Positions 38,801 to 51,023 of a DNA stretch of 64,000 nucleotides are shown piece by piece (position 1 is the stretch's first letter; each line of letters begins with the position of its first letter). The translations under genes and the position numbers were made by a program. The stretch covers positions 394,208 to 458,207 of the forward strand of contig CM082594.2 of the NCBI GenBank assembly GCA_040954595.2. The letters run 5' to 3'. The notes below the pieces were generated by a model, which searched no databases, was not told the origin of the DNA, and worked only from the letters and a program-made list of their open reading frames with translations. The stretch is from Balanoglossus misakiensis (Eukaryota; Animalia; Hemichordata).

Positions 38801-41742
38801 AATTTCATACATCACCAGATATCCAAATATGAAAAAATGATTTAGATTTTAGATGATTGTCCAAAATTAGCTGATATCTAATAAATGTAGTATTGAACCG
38901 TTCTGTCCCCCCCTACATTATATGCGGTACGCCGATGTCAGCTTACCCGGCAGTACTGCAGGCCGTGCCCCCAAATAACGTCGGTGTGTGAAACGCCCTG
39001 GTTAAATTCGGGCTTTCTCTATAAATTGACAGGCAATAATGCAGTCCTACCCGAACAAATGTCGAGTGTTGACCCGCTGTGACTTTCCCTCTTCGGTTTG
39101 CCCGACTTAGCCAACGTCTTTGTACTAATGTGTCGGGTCTTTTGCAGAGCCAGGCCGAAGGAAATCCGACTTGATCACCGTTGCTAACGAACGCTAGTGT
39201 CTGTCATGGTGTGCCGGGGTTTTAGAAGAGCCAGGCCGTAGGAGATCTGACTTGATCATCGTGGTCAATGTACGCGTGTTTCCGCTCTAAAGTGCCGGGG
39301 CTTCAGCTAAACCATGCCGTAGGAAATCCGACGTAATCACCGTTGATAACTTACGCCAGTCTGTGTCATATAGAGCCGGTGCACCAGCCGAATCACGCCG
39401 TAGGAAATCTGACTTGATCAACGTGGTCAATGTACGCCTGTTTCTGCTCTAGAGTGCCGGGGCTTCAGCTGAGCCAGGCCGTAGGAAACCCGACGTGATT
39501 ACCGTTGTTAACTTACGCCAGTCTGTGTCCTATATATAGTGCCGGGGCATCAGCCGTGCCAGGCCGAAGGAAATGTGAGTAGATCAACGTGGTCTCTGTA
39601 CGCGTGTTTCTGCTCTAGAGTGCCGGGGCTTTATCCAAGCCATGCCGTAGAAAATCTGACTTGATCACCGTTGCTAACGTACGATAGTGTCTGTCATAGT
39701 GTGCCGGGGTTTTAGTCGAGCCAAGCCGTAGGAGATCAGACTTCATCAACGTGGTCTCTGTACGCGTGTTTCTGCTCTAGAGTGCCGGGGCTTTATCCGA
39801 GCTATGCCGTAGAAAATCTGACTTGATCACCGTTGCTAACTTACGCTAGTGTCTGTCATATTGTGACGGAGATTTAGCCGAGCCAGGCCGTAGAAAAATC
39901 GACTTGTTCAACGTTACCAGTGTGCAACTGTTTCTGCTCTAGAGTGTCAGGGTTTTAGCCGACTTGTGCTGTAGGAAATCTGAGTTGATGAACGGGAATT
40001 CAATGTTAGAAAACCCGTGTGTAAAGTATCTCTACCCGTTTGAAACTAAGAAAAGAATTTATTCTTATTTATTTTGTGAAACAAGACAATTTTTCGAAAA
40101 AAAGTCGAAAATGGTAATTTTGTCTTGGGTGATTCAAATTATACCACATTTTCTGGAATTTGCAGCACTTTTTACAAGAGAACGACACTTCATGCTCCAT
40201 AATATTTCCGAAAATGAAGAAAAGAGTTTATTTTTTATGATTTTTTAAAAATGTACCATTTTGTCAAAATATGGCCAAAATGGCTATTTTTTCTTGAATT
40301 CCGTCAATATCTCTGCATTTTTGGAGTGGTCGAAAGTTTTAACATACAATCAACATGTCATATATGATCAGGGCACCAAATTCGAAGAACGAAGGTTTTT
40401 TTATTTTATTTTTCTAAAAATGACATTTTCAAGGAAAATTTGGTAAAACGCAATTTTGTCTGCAGTGAGCCAAATTAGACGGTCTTTTGTGGAATTTGTA
40501 TCGATATATATATACGAAGAGCATTCTATACTCCATCAGATTTCCGAAAATGTAGAAAACAGGTATTTTTTGTAATTTTCAAAAATTTACCATTTTGACC
40601 AAATTGTGGTTAAAATTGTTATTTTCGTGTTGAATGCCGCCAGTGTCACTGCTTTTAAAAGTCATAAAAACTTTTAACATGCAAGCAATTGCTTATATAT
40701 GATCAGGCCACCGAATTAAAAAAATAAAGAATGTTTTGCCTAAAAATGACCTTTTTGGTGCAAAAACGATTAAAACGCAATTTTGTATTAAATCAGCTCA
40801 TTCAGAGTGCATTTTTTATAATCAGCACCATTTTTACATATATTGGAAATTTCATACATCACCAGATATCCAAATATGAAAAAATGATTTAGATTTTAGA
40901 TGATTGTCCAAAATTAGCTGATATCTAATAAATGTAGTATTGAACCGTTCTGTCCCCCCCTACATTATATGCGGTACGCCGATGTCAGCTTACCCGGCAG
41001 TACTGCAGGCCGTGCCCCCAAATAACGTCGGTGTGTGAAACGCCCTGGTTAAATTCGGGCTTTCTCTATAAATTGACAGGCAATAATGCAGTCCTACCCG
41101 AACAAATGTCGAGTGTTGACCCGCTGTGACTTTCCCTCTTCGGTTTGCCCGACTTAGCCAACGTCTTTGTACTAATGTGTCGGGTCTTTTGCAGAGCCAG
41201 GCCGAAGGAAATCCGACTTGATCACCGTTGCTAACGAACGCTAGTGTCTGTCATGGTGTGCCGGGGTTTTAGTCGAGCCAGGCCGTAGGAGATCTGACTT
41301 GATCATCGTGGTCAATGTACGCGTGTTTCCGCTCTAAAGTGCCGGGGCTTCAGCTAAACCATGCCGTAGGAAATCCGACGTAATCACCGTTGATAACTTA
41401 CGCCAGTCTGTGTCATATAGAGCCGGTGCACCAGCCGAATCACGCCGTAGGAAATCTGACTTGATCAACGTGGTCAATGTACGCCTGTTTCTGCTCTAGA
41501 GTGCCGGGGCTTCAGCTGAGCCAGGCCGTAGGAAACCCGACGTGATTACCGTTGTTAACTTACGCCAGTCTGTGTCCTATATATAGTGCCGGGGCATCAG
41601 CCGTGCCAGGCCGAAGGAAATGTGAGTAGATCAACGTGGTCTCTGTACGCGTGTTTCTCCTCTAGAGTGCCAGGGCTTTAGCCAAGCCATGCCGTAGGAA
41701 ATCTGACTTGATCAACGTTGCTAACGAACGCTAATGTCTGTC

Positions 41743-41775
41743 CATAGACAGTGGAGAAAAGACGGACGTGCTACT
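41743..41775 (+). repeat. Left terminal inverted repeat (33 bp)
   Basis: CATAGACAGTGGAGAAAAGACGGACGTGCTACT, exact reverse complement of 51024-51056. Confidence 0.98.
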
Positions 41776-42009
41776 AGTGCATTTCTTTTGTAGTAACGTC
41801 TGTTGTAATCCCTTTTAATCCACCAAACAATAGACAAACTCATCATCACCTCTTTATCGCCGTCTGGCGATAAAACCTCGCATAATATCGCAAAACGCGA
41901 GAGTTACCACGAGAAAAAGCGTAATATTTCGTGCTACGCGAGACGTTATTTGGCGAGATTCGGGTCACAGGTCATAAGTTGTTTACAAGCGGCTCGCAGC
42001 ACATACACA

Positions 42010-44343
42010 ATGGCTTCCGTCCAAACCGATAGCGAATTTGTTGCCGTTTTTACTGATTCCGAATACAGCGATTTCGATTATTCAGGGAGCGAGACTAGCG
42101 ACGACGATGATACATCGCCACTTACCGACGACGAGTTACAAGAAGGCATGCAGCAAGCTCCTAAACGTCGAGACTTGAGCTATCTTGATCGATACATCGT
42201 TTGCGTCGGTGGTGATACAAAAACTATCAAATGTGACGTTTGTGACAAAACTTTCAACAGAAAGCAGAGTTGCAAGCAGCATTTGATAAATGGCCATGGG
42301 CTAGTCGGTAAGTTTTACTGCTATTTTGTTGATCGAAATGTGGAGCAAGGCGTTGGTCACAAGCTGAAACTACACCGCCTGGTACCTGTACATTTTTACT
42401 GTCTATGATTTTTAAAGACATCCCATAATCATAATGATCGTCGCCAAGCATGGATATGAATGAAGAATGTTTTTCAAGGCCAAAAATGTCATGCGAAAAA
42501 AATGAGCAACATATGGGCTGCACAGATAAACAGATTGTTATGAATATGGGCAAAGCAGACTAATGGGTCCCCTTCAAGTTAATGGTAGCAATTTCCCTTG
42601 GTAGTTTACATTGTCTAAGCTGATCAGGATCAGACATACAACTGTGCCACAAGTTTTCTAACAACTAACTAAAATGAAAAACTGGAAATACAAGTAAAGA
42701 AAGATATGCTATATTATGTTAAAATGAAATAAAAGTGTTATGAGTAAAACACTTCAGACATATTTCAAAATACCATAGACACTAGGCAGCCATTGATTAT
42801 TACTGTTGATGCCAGAAACATTTCTCTGTATTTTCCCTCCATTATCAACATTTTATTATTATTCTATCCCTGTCGTGCTCACAACTCATTATTGATCATT
42901 TTTCCTTTCCAGGACCAGACATGGTGAAAAGAACAGACTGTGATCCAAAGAAAAACGTTTTGAAAGGAGCTGGGGTTTCCAAGAAGATTAACAACAAAGG
43001 TAAGCTAAGAACACATATTTAGTAACTGTGATTATTTATCTTTCAAAATATGATTTCATTTCTAATGTGAGACAAAGACAGTAGAGAAACAGTACTCCCA
43101 TACTTAAAAGGGACACTCACAGTTTCATAGCTGTCTATGCTGCCACTTTGGGGGAAATTTCACTGTTTTGCTTTCCATCATAAATATTGGCAAAACAGTG
43201 GTGGCAATTTACAGTTACTGTGGCGTTATTCTGAATATGTAAGATAAAACTTTCTTTTCATTTTTGTTGTCGGGCACCAGTGTCACTGACCAATCAACTA
43301 TAACAATATTTTTCCCCACAGAGAACAGACCCACCAGGAAACTACAAATGACAATGGATGATGCAACGCAGGAAGCCCAACGGATCCTTCTAGCCTCAAT
43401 CAAACCACTCACCGTTGACAGCATTTTCAACAGTCCTAGATTACCTGGTGTTTCCAAAGTTAAAGTTGTTGCAAAGAAACTGTGTGATACATTGTCAAGT
43501 GATCCAGTAAGTGTAAAAAGTGAACTGGATGCAGTGATACAAGTGCTGTGGCCTGCTGTTACTGGAGGAGACAGACAGTTCCTTCCTTCGCGGCGCCGAG
43601 AAGAGATGTTTCGCATATTCCACTCTTTGCGCCTGGATCCAGAATTACGGAAATGTCTACACAAGCTTTGTTCAAAAGTTGGGTTGACAGTATCAGGACC
43701 TGTTCTCATGATTTTAGCCAGGCACATTTTTGAAGGTTTAGTTTTAGAAAGGGAAAAGGTCACCACAATTGATGAGAGCTTCAGCGGGGATATGAGTCGT
43801 GTTGAAGAAAACATTCTGAGGTATGCCTGTGGTTACATCCCTATGGCTCTCATATCTCAACTTCAGAAACGTGGATCAGGGTTTAGAAGCATGGTAAAGT
43901 GTTTGGAGGGTATGAGTACAATTCAGCCTGTATCAACATTTTTGTCTTACACAACAGAATGGGTCAACAAAGAGAACCGGGGCGGTCTGTACACTGTGAA
44001 TGACACAACTTATATGTTTTTTAGGAGGGTAGAGTATTTTGTAAGGAAACACAACAAGGCCCTTTTTACCAGTGGTGATTTAAACATTCACGATTTAGTA
44101 AGCAAGGATGTTACAGGTGATGCAGCTGCAGTGCAGCACTGGTCACAATTATCTGTAGGCCTTGATGAGGGTCAGTCATTGAAGCTGATGTTAATGTGTA
44201 GTAAAATGTGGATCAATATCAGAGGCCATTCTGCAGCTAGGAAATTAGTTGAGGGCCTTAAATATACTGAGGGAATGAAGAATCGTAGTCAGAAAGCACT
44301 TCGAAAAGAACTTAAACAGCTTAATACAGATGACAACAAGTAA
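42010..44343 (+). CDS. P-element second gene: C2H2 zinc finger plus P-transposase C-terminal-domain-like protein, ~468 aa, 3 exons
   Basis: Predicted exons 42010-42307, 42913-42999, 43322-44343 joined by GT-AG introns (gtaagt/ccag, gtaagc/acag), both phase 1, 1407 nt with no internal stop. Acidic N-terminus, CDVC-x12-H-x4-H finger, then EENILRYACGYI...EWVNKENRGGL...WINIRGH...KALRKELK. AATAAA at 44460 and 44467. Confidence 0.82.
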
Positions 44344-44772
44344 AGTTTGTCAAATCCGACCATTATTTATTGCACCATATATTGTAAACTGTCAGGTTGA
44401 AAATTTTCTTTGAACATGTACACGTTTAAGATTGAAAAATGTACTAGCATGTGTTGAGTAATAAAGAATAAATTGCAGTACAGTGTATTTCGTAAGAGTG
44501 TGCTTTTAACAGTGAATGTGATCCTCTAACAGTACACAGAGCATAATCCTCCAATGATGAATGATTCAGATTTTTTTACTCCACCAACAGAAACTGTTCT
44601 GAGAGGTATGCATACACACCTAAAATATTTTACAGAAAAAATAAAACAGTGTTGTTCTCCAACTAAACTTTGAAAGCAATGACTCATTGAATGGATGATG
44701 GCATCACCGGCGGCAACAACAACATCAGTTTTCAGCAACAATGGATTCGAGTGAAAAAAAAAAACAACAAAA

Positions 44773-45029
44773 ACTGTTCGCTCCTATTTCTGTTCTGTGT
44801 ATCTTAAATGTTTGGTACCCAGGACAGAAACTTACAGCTAATGTCAGAGGGTAAAAAAGGACTGTTTGTTCACTAATGAATTCCAGTGAAAGTAAAGAAA
44901 ATTCATTGCCCACTGAAATTCCCCCCCCCCCAAAAAAAAACATCAACAACGACTGTTCGCTCACTATTTCTGTTCTGTGTATCTTAAATGTTTGGTACCC
45001 AGAACAGAAACTTACAGCTAATGTCAGAG
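44773..45029. repeat. ~78-bp direct repeat, two copies (44773-44849 and 44952-45029), between the convergent genes
   Basis: actgttcgctc(a)ctatttctgttctgtgtatcttaaatgtttggtacccag(g/a)acagaaacttacagctaatgtcagag occurs twice. Confidence 0.9.
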
Positions 45030-45121
45030 TGTGACATAAATCTCACTGTCATCTGCTATTACTCATTCATCTCAACATAACAATTTCTGTGACATATCCA
45101 CTGAGATAAATTCAAACAGTC

Positions 45122-48100
45122 CTACGGATGTGAATGTCTGGTATGGGAACGTCTTGGCAGTGCTGTGTTATCCAGCGGCGCATCAGCCATTGTTGTAACA
45201 TTGGCTCCTCTCACAGACAAAACGTGTGAAGACTTCAGCCGAAGAGCATTGGCATTTTGGCAGAACTGTTGCACTGAGGGTGCCTCATTCCCACCCTTCA
45301 TTTGGCGTTGATTCCCGAAATAGGACTCCAAAGGATCCTGGTTGAGTTTCTCTGAGAGAACACACTCCACACCCGGTTGGTTGAGTAGGTACCTTGCCAA
45401 GTCAACAAATGACTTCACTGTAGAATGGAATAAAAAGAATGCAGTATAGGATGGTTAGTAAGGGAAGGATTTCAGTGGTCGTAATAAATAGTGTACAACA
45501 ACATCACAATACCATGTACAGGATTTGTTAAATTGGCAGGTTACACTAGCACTCAGTAACTCTTCATTAATTTTTGCTTGCATTTTAGTACGGTTTGATA
45601 ATTAAAAAATATTTTGCACTCACAGCATTTTTTACCAGCCAAGCAGCCTGTAAAGCCACCGTTTCAAATTGGTCTTTTTGGACAGAGAGATTATAGCCAA
45701 CCAAAGTGAAAACTTACTAGAGACAAATTCTCATTATAGGGGTTGCCACTAACACACACTTGGTTGTATTAACAGTGCCTCCTCAGTTACAATGAGAATT
45801 AACATTCCACAGGGAGTGATTAAAAAATTAGAGAATGAAGTAAATTATAAAGACAAAATATTGATATATTTTATTACAGACAGTGGCACAAGATTTCCAC
45901 TGTCTATGATTTTATGTTATTTACCTGACATGCGGATACCTTCCAAGGTTTGTTGACTTAGCTTCATGCGGCCTTTGTCCCGTTTTGACAGATGAACTCT
46001 GGCATCAACTCTAGCATCCCAGTCGCTAAGATATGTCAGGAACTCACCCTCAAGCCACTAGATGGGTTGAAATGTGAAGAAATCACAATATTTTATTTCA
46101 TTAACATGTACATTGCAGCTCATAACTTGATCCTATTATACCTATCAATTTCTGAATATGTCTTATCAAAGTTCAAAGTTATATGCATACATATATAAGG
46201 CAGCGGAAAGCTCTCCCTTCACAATTCATTTTTACTACCGAATGAACAGAACTAAAATTCTTTGTGAAATATGCTACACTGTTCACAGCATCTCTTGTCC
46301 TTAATTGGCAGAGAGGCTTGTGTCTTAAATGAAAAATGTACTGATATAATGAATAATGCCGGAATGCATGTATGTTATAGACAACAGGAAATATGAGATG
46401 GTATTTTTTTACATCATGACAATAGGTTATTGAACATAAATTAAAGACATATACAGATACATATACTTACAGTCAGTCTTTCATCGTCTGGTGATCTGTA
46501 GGGCAACAGATTCGGTTTCCTCTTTTGTATGCCTTCTTTGGTACTTCGAACATTCATACAATCAAAGAACTTGTCAAAATGTCGTATAAATTCAATGGTG
46601 GCTCTGTGACCATTGCCATAGAATGTCTCTATGGCATTTGCCACTTGTGTACTAAGCACCTGTGAGCAAGTAGATATAAAAATATATCACTTTTCTGTTT
46701 CACAATTGCCATCTTGTATTAATTTTATAATAGCAGGATGATCAGACAATTCACTTGCATCACACAACATATCTTATTATCATGATATATGACCTAACAT
46801 TATCTCTTCTATGTGGTGTCAAACACAGATCTCAAGACCTTGCTAATAAACTGTATTGTGGGAAAATATTTAACAAATGGAAATAAATTACTTACTTGAA
46901 CAGCATACTTCACTTTCATCCTGGAGAAAGATGTTAGATGCACATGTTCATATCTCAGCTTGTTGCAGAGAAACAATCCTCCTCTTTCCAGATCTGCTTT
47001 GTACATATCAATGACAGTTTGCCAGTTGATCGGTTCACCATTCTAAGTGAGAAAAAAAAGGAAAATGCAATCATTAATTAACATAAAAAATGACCCATTG
47101 TTTTTATTAAAACTTTATAAGATCTTGATATATTTTTGCATAAATTATTTACATATAAGCATAATGGCAATAATAAGATAATAAGAAAAAAGCTAAATAT
47201 TTGTTTCTATACACACTGTAAAAAGTACAGAATTATAATAGGCTTTTACCCATAACATTCTTTTCTTTGAATGGCATCCCGAATTTGACCAACAATTCCT
47301 AGTGGTTTTCATTAGGTGTGGTACGTCTGAAAAGAAATATATCCGCCGGTCCTCTTCTGTACAGTAGTTTTCGGTCCAGTAGACAACGTCTGCAGCAGCC
47401 CTTGGTCCCATTGCATGCAGCTTATAAAATCGCCTGTTAGCTGACGCACCATCAGAAGTAGAAGCCATTACTCTGAACCCTATTAGTTCTAGAAATTCAA
47501 TTGCTCTCCATATCAAGGGGAAAAGATAGTCTGCCGTTATGGTGTTTGTGGGAAAATGGGCTAGTGGATACTGGAGCCTGAGTGTTATGCCTCTAACCAT
47601 GAAAGTAAGGATGTAGCGGGCAACTTCAGGAGTTGGTTTCTGACCATCAGTCTTCAGGGTCTTCTCATACAACATGAGCGAATTGCTGAAGTCCCCAATG
47701 TTGACGAAGCCAATGAGTTGGCCACTACTCTTGACATAAACCAGATCGGAGGAGATGCGCAACTCATCATGAAGAAGGACAACATACTTCTGGTGTTCTT
47801 CCAGCTGGCTGAAATTACTTTCTCGCAGTAGCTGATCAAAGGCTGCTTCTGTGAAACCAGTGGTTGCCTTAGTCCAGTGCGTGTAATCAATAAGTGTTCT
47901 TTCATGGGGTAATTCAAGAACACCAGAGTCCCGTAATGTGTTGTATGCTGCACTCGATCGTAAACGCAGATTCAAACACCATTTTATAAACATTGGGTGC
48001 CAGCGATGGCCTCGTTTATCAGCACATCGAAGGGCTTCTTTTTGCTGTTCCCAAAACAACCTGCGAAATGTCCCTTCTGTATTTTCTTCCTGTATGACGC

Positions 48101-49379
48101 TATCATATTCACTTATGATCTGCTTCATACTTGATGAGGTCTCACTATCCAAACACTCCCCTTCTTGATTGATGCTCTCCTGCAGCTTTACTCTCAGCCT
48201 GGCTTCACTGGCTTCTACTCGGCGTTTTGCTTTTATTATATTGTGTGTTCTCTGGTAAAGTTCATCAGCTGTTAAAGCTGATAGCGGGACAGAGCTACTG
48301 GCATGTACTCTATGGGCTGCTGGATCGTCTTCATGGCTACCTGCATTTCTCCTCTTCTGTCTGCTAAGCACAGCAAACATTGTTTTCCTTAGCTGCTCGC
48401 ACGGGCTGCATCGAACTTTGCTGGTGGTCAATTCACAGTTGGCCGCTCGCAGGGTTGTGTTATACCATTTGCCTCCTTCGCCTTCAAGCAGTACCTGCTG
48501 ACGAACCATTTGCCCAGTAAGTCCTCTACCATTCTGGATCTCTGGAACTGACCAGAACTTTTCATCAGGATTTCCCGAACAGATGCGCATTTCATGAATT
48601 TCTTGGACTACTGACAGGACAACAGAAGGACTTTGGAGCAGAGTAGGATATTGGGGAAAAACTGTCTTGACATCCATGACTTGGCCGAAGACTCGTACTT
48701 GCCATGAGCCATCTTGCTGGACTGTAAGTGACTTCATGATCACCGACTCCTGACCAACTTGGGACTGGACAAACAGGAAGTTCAGTTGAGAGTTGTCTGA
48801 CTGGTCTACCCATCCTTTTGGTAGGCAACAGGTCTTCAGGACAGCTCGGATCGCTTCAAAATTCATTGGCATGTAAGAGCCAACATTTAGTCCCGGAAAA
48901 CTGGATGATCTAGCAGGATGGACTTGCGATTGCTTGTCAACATGTTCTTGGTGTCTATATCTTCCGAACGCCGACAGTGGAGGGGGGTTTGCTTGCAGGA
49001 CAACCATGGGTGGCACATCGTTGCTTTCTTGAAAATCTGGCTTGTGAATGTCCTGGCTTTGGGATATGTCTGACATACCATGTTCAGCAGTTGTTACGGT
49101 TGTAGTGTTTTCTTGCTGTGACAAACCATTCAGTGCTTCCACAGTGTTAAGCCATAGTAGCTGTTCATCGACACTGGGGATCACATTGGAGCAGGACAGT
49201 TCATCTACACAGTCATTAAGGTTTTCAACACGTGCAGGTTCACACTCATGACAATCTGGTGAATCAACCAAAGCCTGATTCTCATTATCCAGCAGCTTCT
49301 TCTTTTTCTCTTTCGATCGTCTAGTTTTATTCTTTTTATAATTCTTCCTGTGCTGACTGATACCATACTTGTAGGGCAT
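45122..49379 (-). CDS. P-element (THAP9-like) transposase, ~964 aa, 5 coding exons
   Basis: Predicted exons 49379-47250, 47042-46896, 46659-46471, 46057-45925, 45417-45122, all GT-AG with compatible phases (0,0,0,1). Motifs: RWHPMFIKWCL, SSAAYNTLR, LPHERTL, VLLHDELRI (D), STSDGASANR (D), FSDVPHLMKTTRN, RMKVKYAVQVLS, DKFFDCMN, NQDPLESYFGNQRQ (E). Confidence 0.93.
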
Positions 49380-50802
49380 GACAGTATTCTGTTAGAATAG
49401 AAAAGAAAGAATAAGCTCACTGAAATATCGGAAGATAATATTGTATATGCATGCACCTTACCTAAATAAATAGTTTTCAAAACTTAAGGCCTTATGGATA
49501 CTAGGAAAAATGTTTTTGATCTGGTAGCAGAATTGCAGGCCAACAATGATATTGCGCCTTGGTAAAAAAAAGCTCGGAATATTGATTGATTTTAATTAAC
49601 AGAAATTTTGATAATGCATGAAGTTGTGATCAAATAACTCAATAACCACAGGCTTTGTTGTTGCAGTCCCACATAAATCATTATAATAGCCTATGAAATA
49701 ACAAAACAAGCTCCACTGTACATTAAAAACTAATCTGTCTTTTCACAGCTTTAAATTGTTAGAATCATCAAACATCTCAAGTCCATGAACAGACACAGTT
49801 GAGCCACTGTCTATCTTAGAACTCAAGGCTAAGTTCATGGATGACCCAAATCAAATGTGACCTGGCACCCAAAGGTCATCACTCAAAAAAAATGTACAAA
49901 TTGTCTTTCTGGCATTGATATACAAAAAAATCACCATGCAAAATATTGACTTCAAACAGATTAATTGTCCGTTCGTGACATGTTTTTTTCGATGACTATA
50001 CACAATCCCCGATCGGTGATAAGTACGCAAAAATGACCGGATACACAACAGCTGGAGTTGCTGTACCAAGTTTCTTTCTAAACAAAGAGCAGTGTATTCA
50101 ATAGGGAATTACGGGAAGAAAGATGGCGCCCGCTGACGCGACAACACCATATTTCCCGTCCGATAAAACCATTTCTGGGCAAGCTAGGCACACGAAACAT
50201 TCATGTTGCAAATCCCAACATCCTAAAGGACGACTACATATATACAACTTTCTGTTTTTTGTTACGAATTTATCTCAAAAGGGGGAAACGTAACACTAAT
50301 GACGCACTCACCCTACCCGACAAACGTACGAGGCCTCACGAGGTAATTCTACATAAAAACGCACGAATTTAAAAACACAAGTCGTATTTTTTATATTATT
50401 ACAATATGTACACCATAACGACAAACAAAGATAGCCACAAACCCGAAATTATGAAGAAATCTGACTACGTAATCGCACTTTTCTGCACCTCAGCAAAGAC
50501 AAACTGGTCGGAAATAGGCGTCCCAAACAAATATTTCCCCCCATAAAAACGACGTTTCTGTCACATTTAGCCACAAACAAAATCCCCATTGCAAATGCTG
50601 ACATTCTAAAGATTGATCACAAAAAAACGATTTTCTGTTTCATGTCATAAATTTGTCGTAAAAGGGGTAAACTCACACCATAGCCACTGTCTATGCTCAC
50701 ATATCGCTACATATGTGGACACGAGTAGTCAAACATGACGACCAGCGATTGTATTTTACATCGAAGGTAACTATCTACACAAAAAAAACTAAACACACTT
50801 AC

Positions 50803-50950
50803 CTACTAGATGTATAACTGGTCGAACAACAGGCACGGGGTAAAGGAACCAGGGGAAAAACGAAAAACAATGGCAAAAAGGGAACACGCGTAGTAGATGC
50901 GGTACGGTCAAATCCAAGATGGCGACTGACTGTTTACACGGTGTTGCAAC
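50803..50950 (-). promoter_or_regulatory. Putative transposase promoter and non-coding first exon
   Basis: YY1-like CAAGATGGCG at 50915-50924; minus-strand donor AG|GTAAGT at 50802; acceptor ...ttctaacag 9 nt upstream of the ATG (exon start 49388). Inference, no transcript data. Confidence 0.45.
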
Positions 50951-51023
50951 ATGGGTATTACCGGGCCGTTACCCAACAGACGTTGCTCCCGGATTATCGC
51001 CGTTTTCCTTTGTTGTCTGCGGC

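Larger units (their letters stand above)
10950..41742 (+). repeat. Tandem array of ~2.05-kb composite satellite (15 poly-C-marked monomers)
   Basis: Period read from recurring ORF starts (29717, 31770, 33817: 2053 and 2047 bp). Poly-C tracts at ~11528, 13737, 15792, 17849, 19923, 22168, 24550, 26601, 28654, 30707, 32760, 34807, 36853, 38907, 40954. Confidence 0.99.

Noticed and set aside
10950-41742. Tandem 5S/rDNA/histone/snRNA gene cluster suggested by the 2-kb period
   Set aside because: No recognisable RNA gene or histone sequence; the cctacggcc similarity to the 5S start does not extend.
41735-41742. 8-bp TSD as in Drosophila P
   Set aside because: Only 7 bp (GTCTGTC) is duplicated, consistent with the empty site and the 7-bp repeats around the internal footprints.
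43215-43814. 199-aa minus-strand ORF and other small ORFs inside the P element
   Set aside because: Antisense or alternative-frame shadows of gene B and transposase exons, or intronic chance ORFs.
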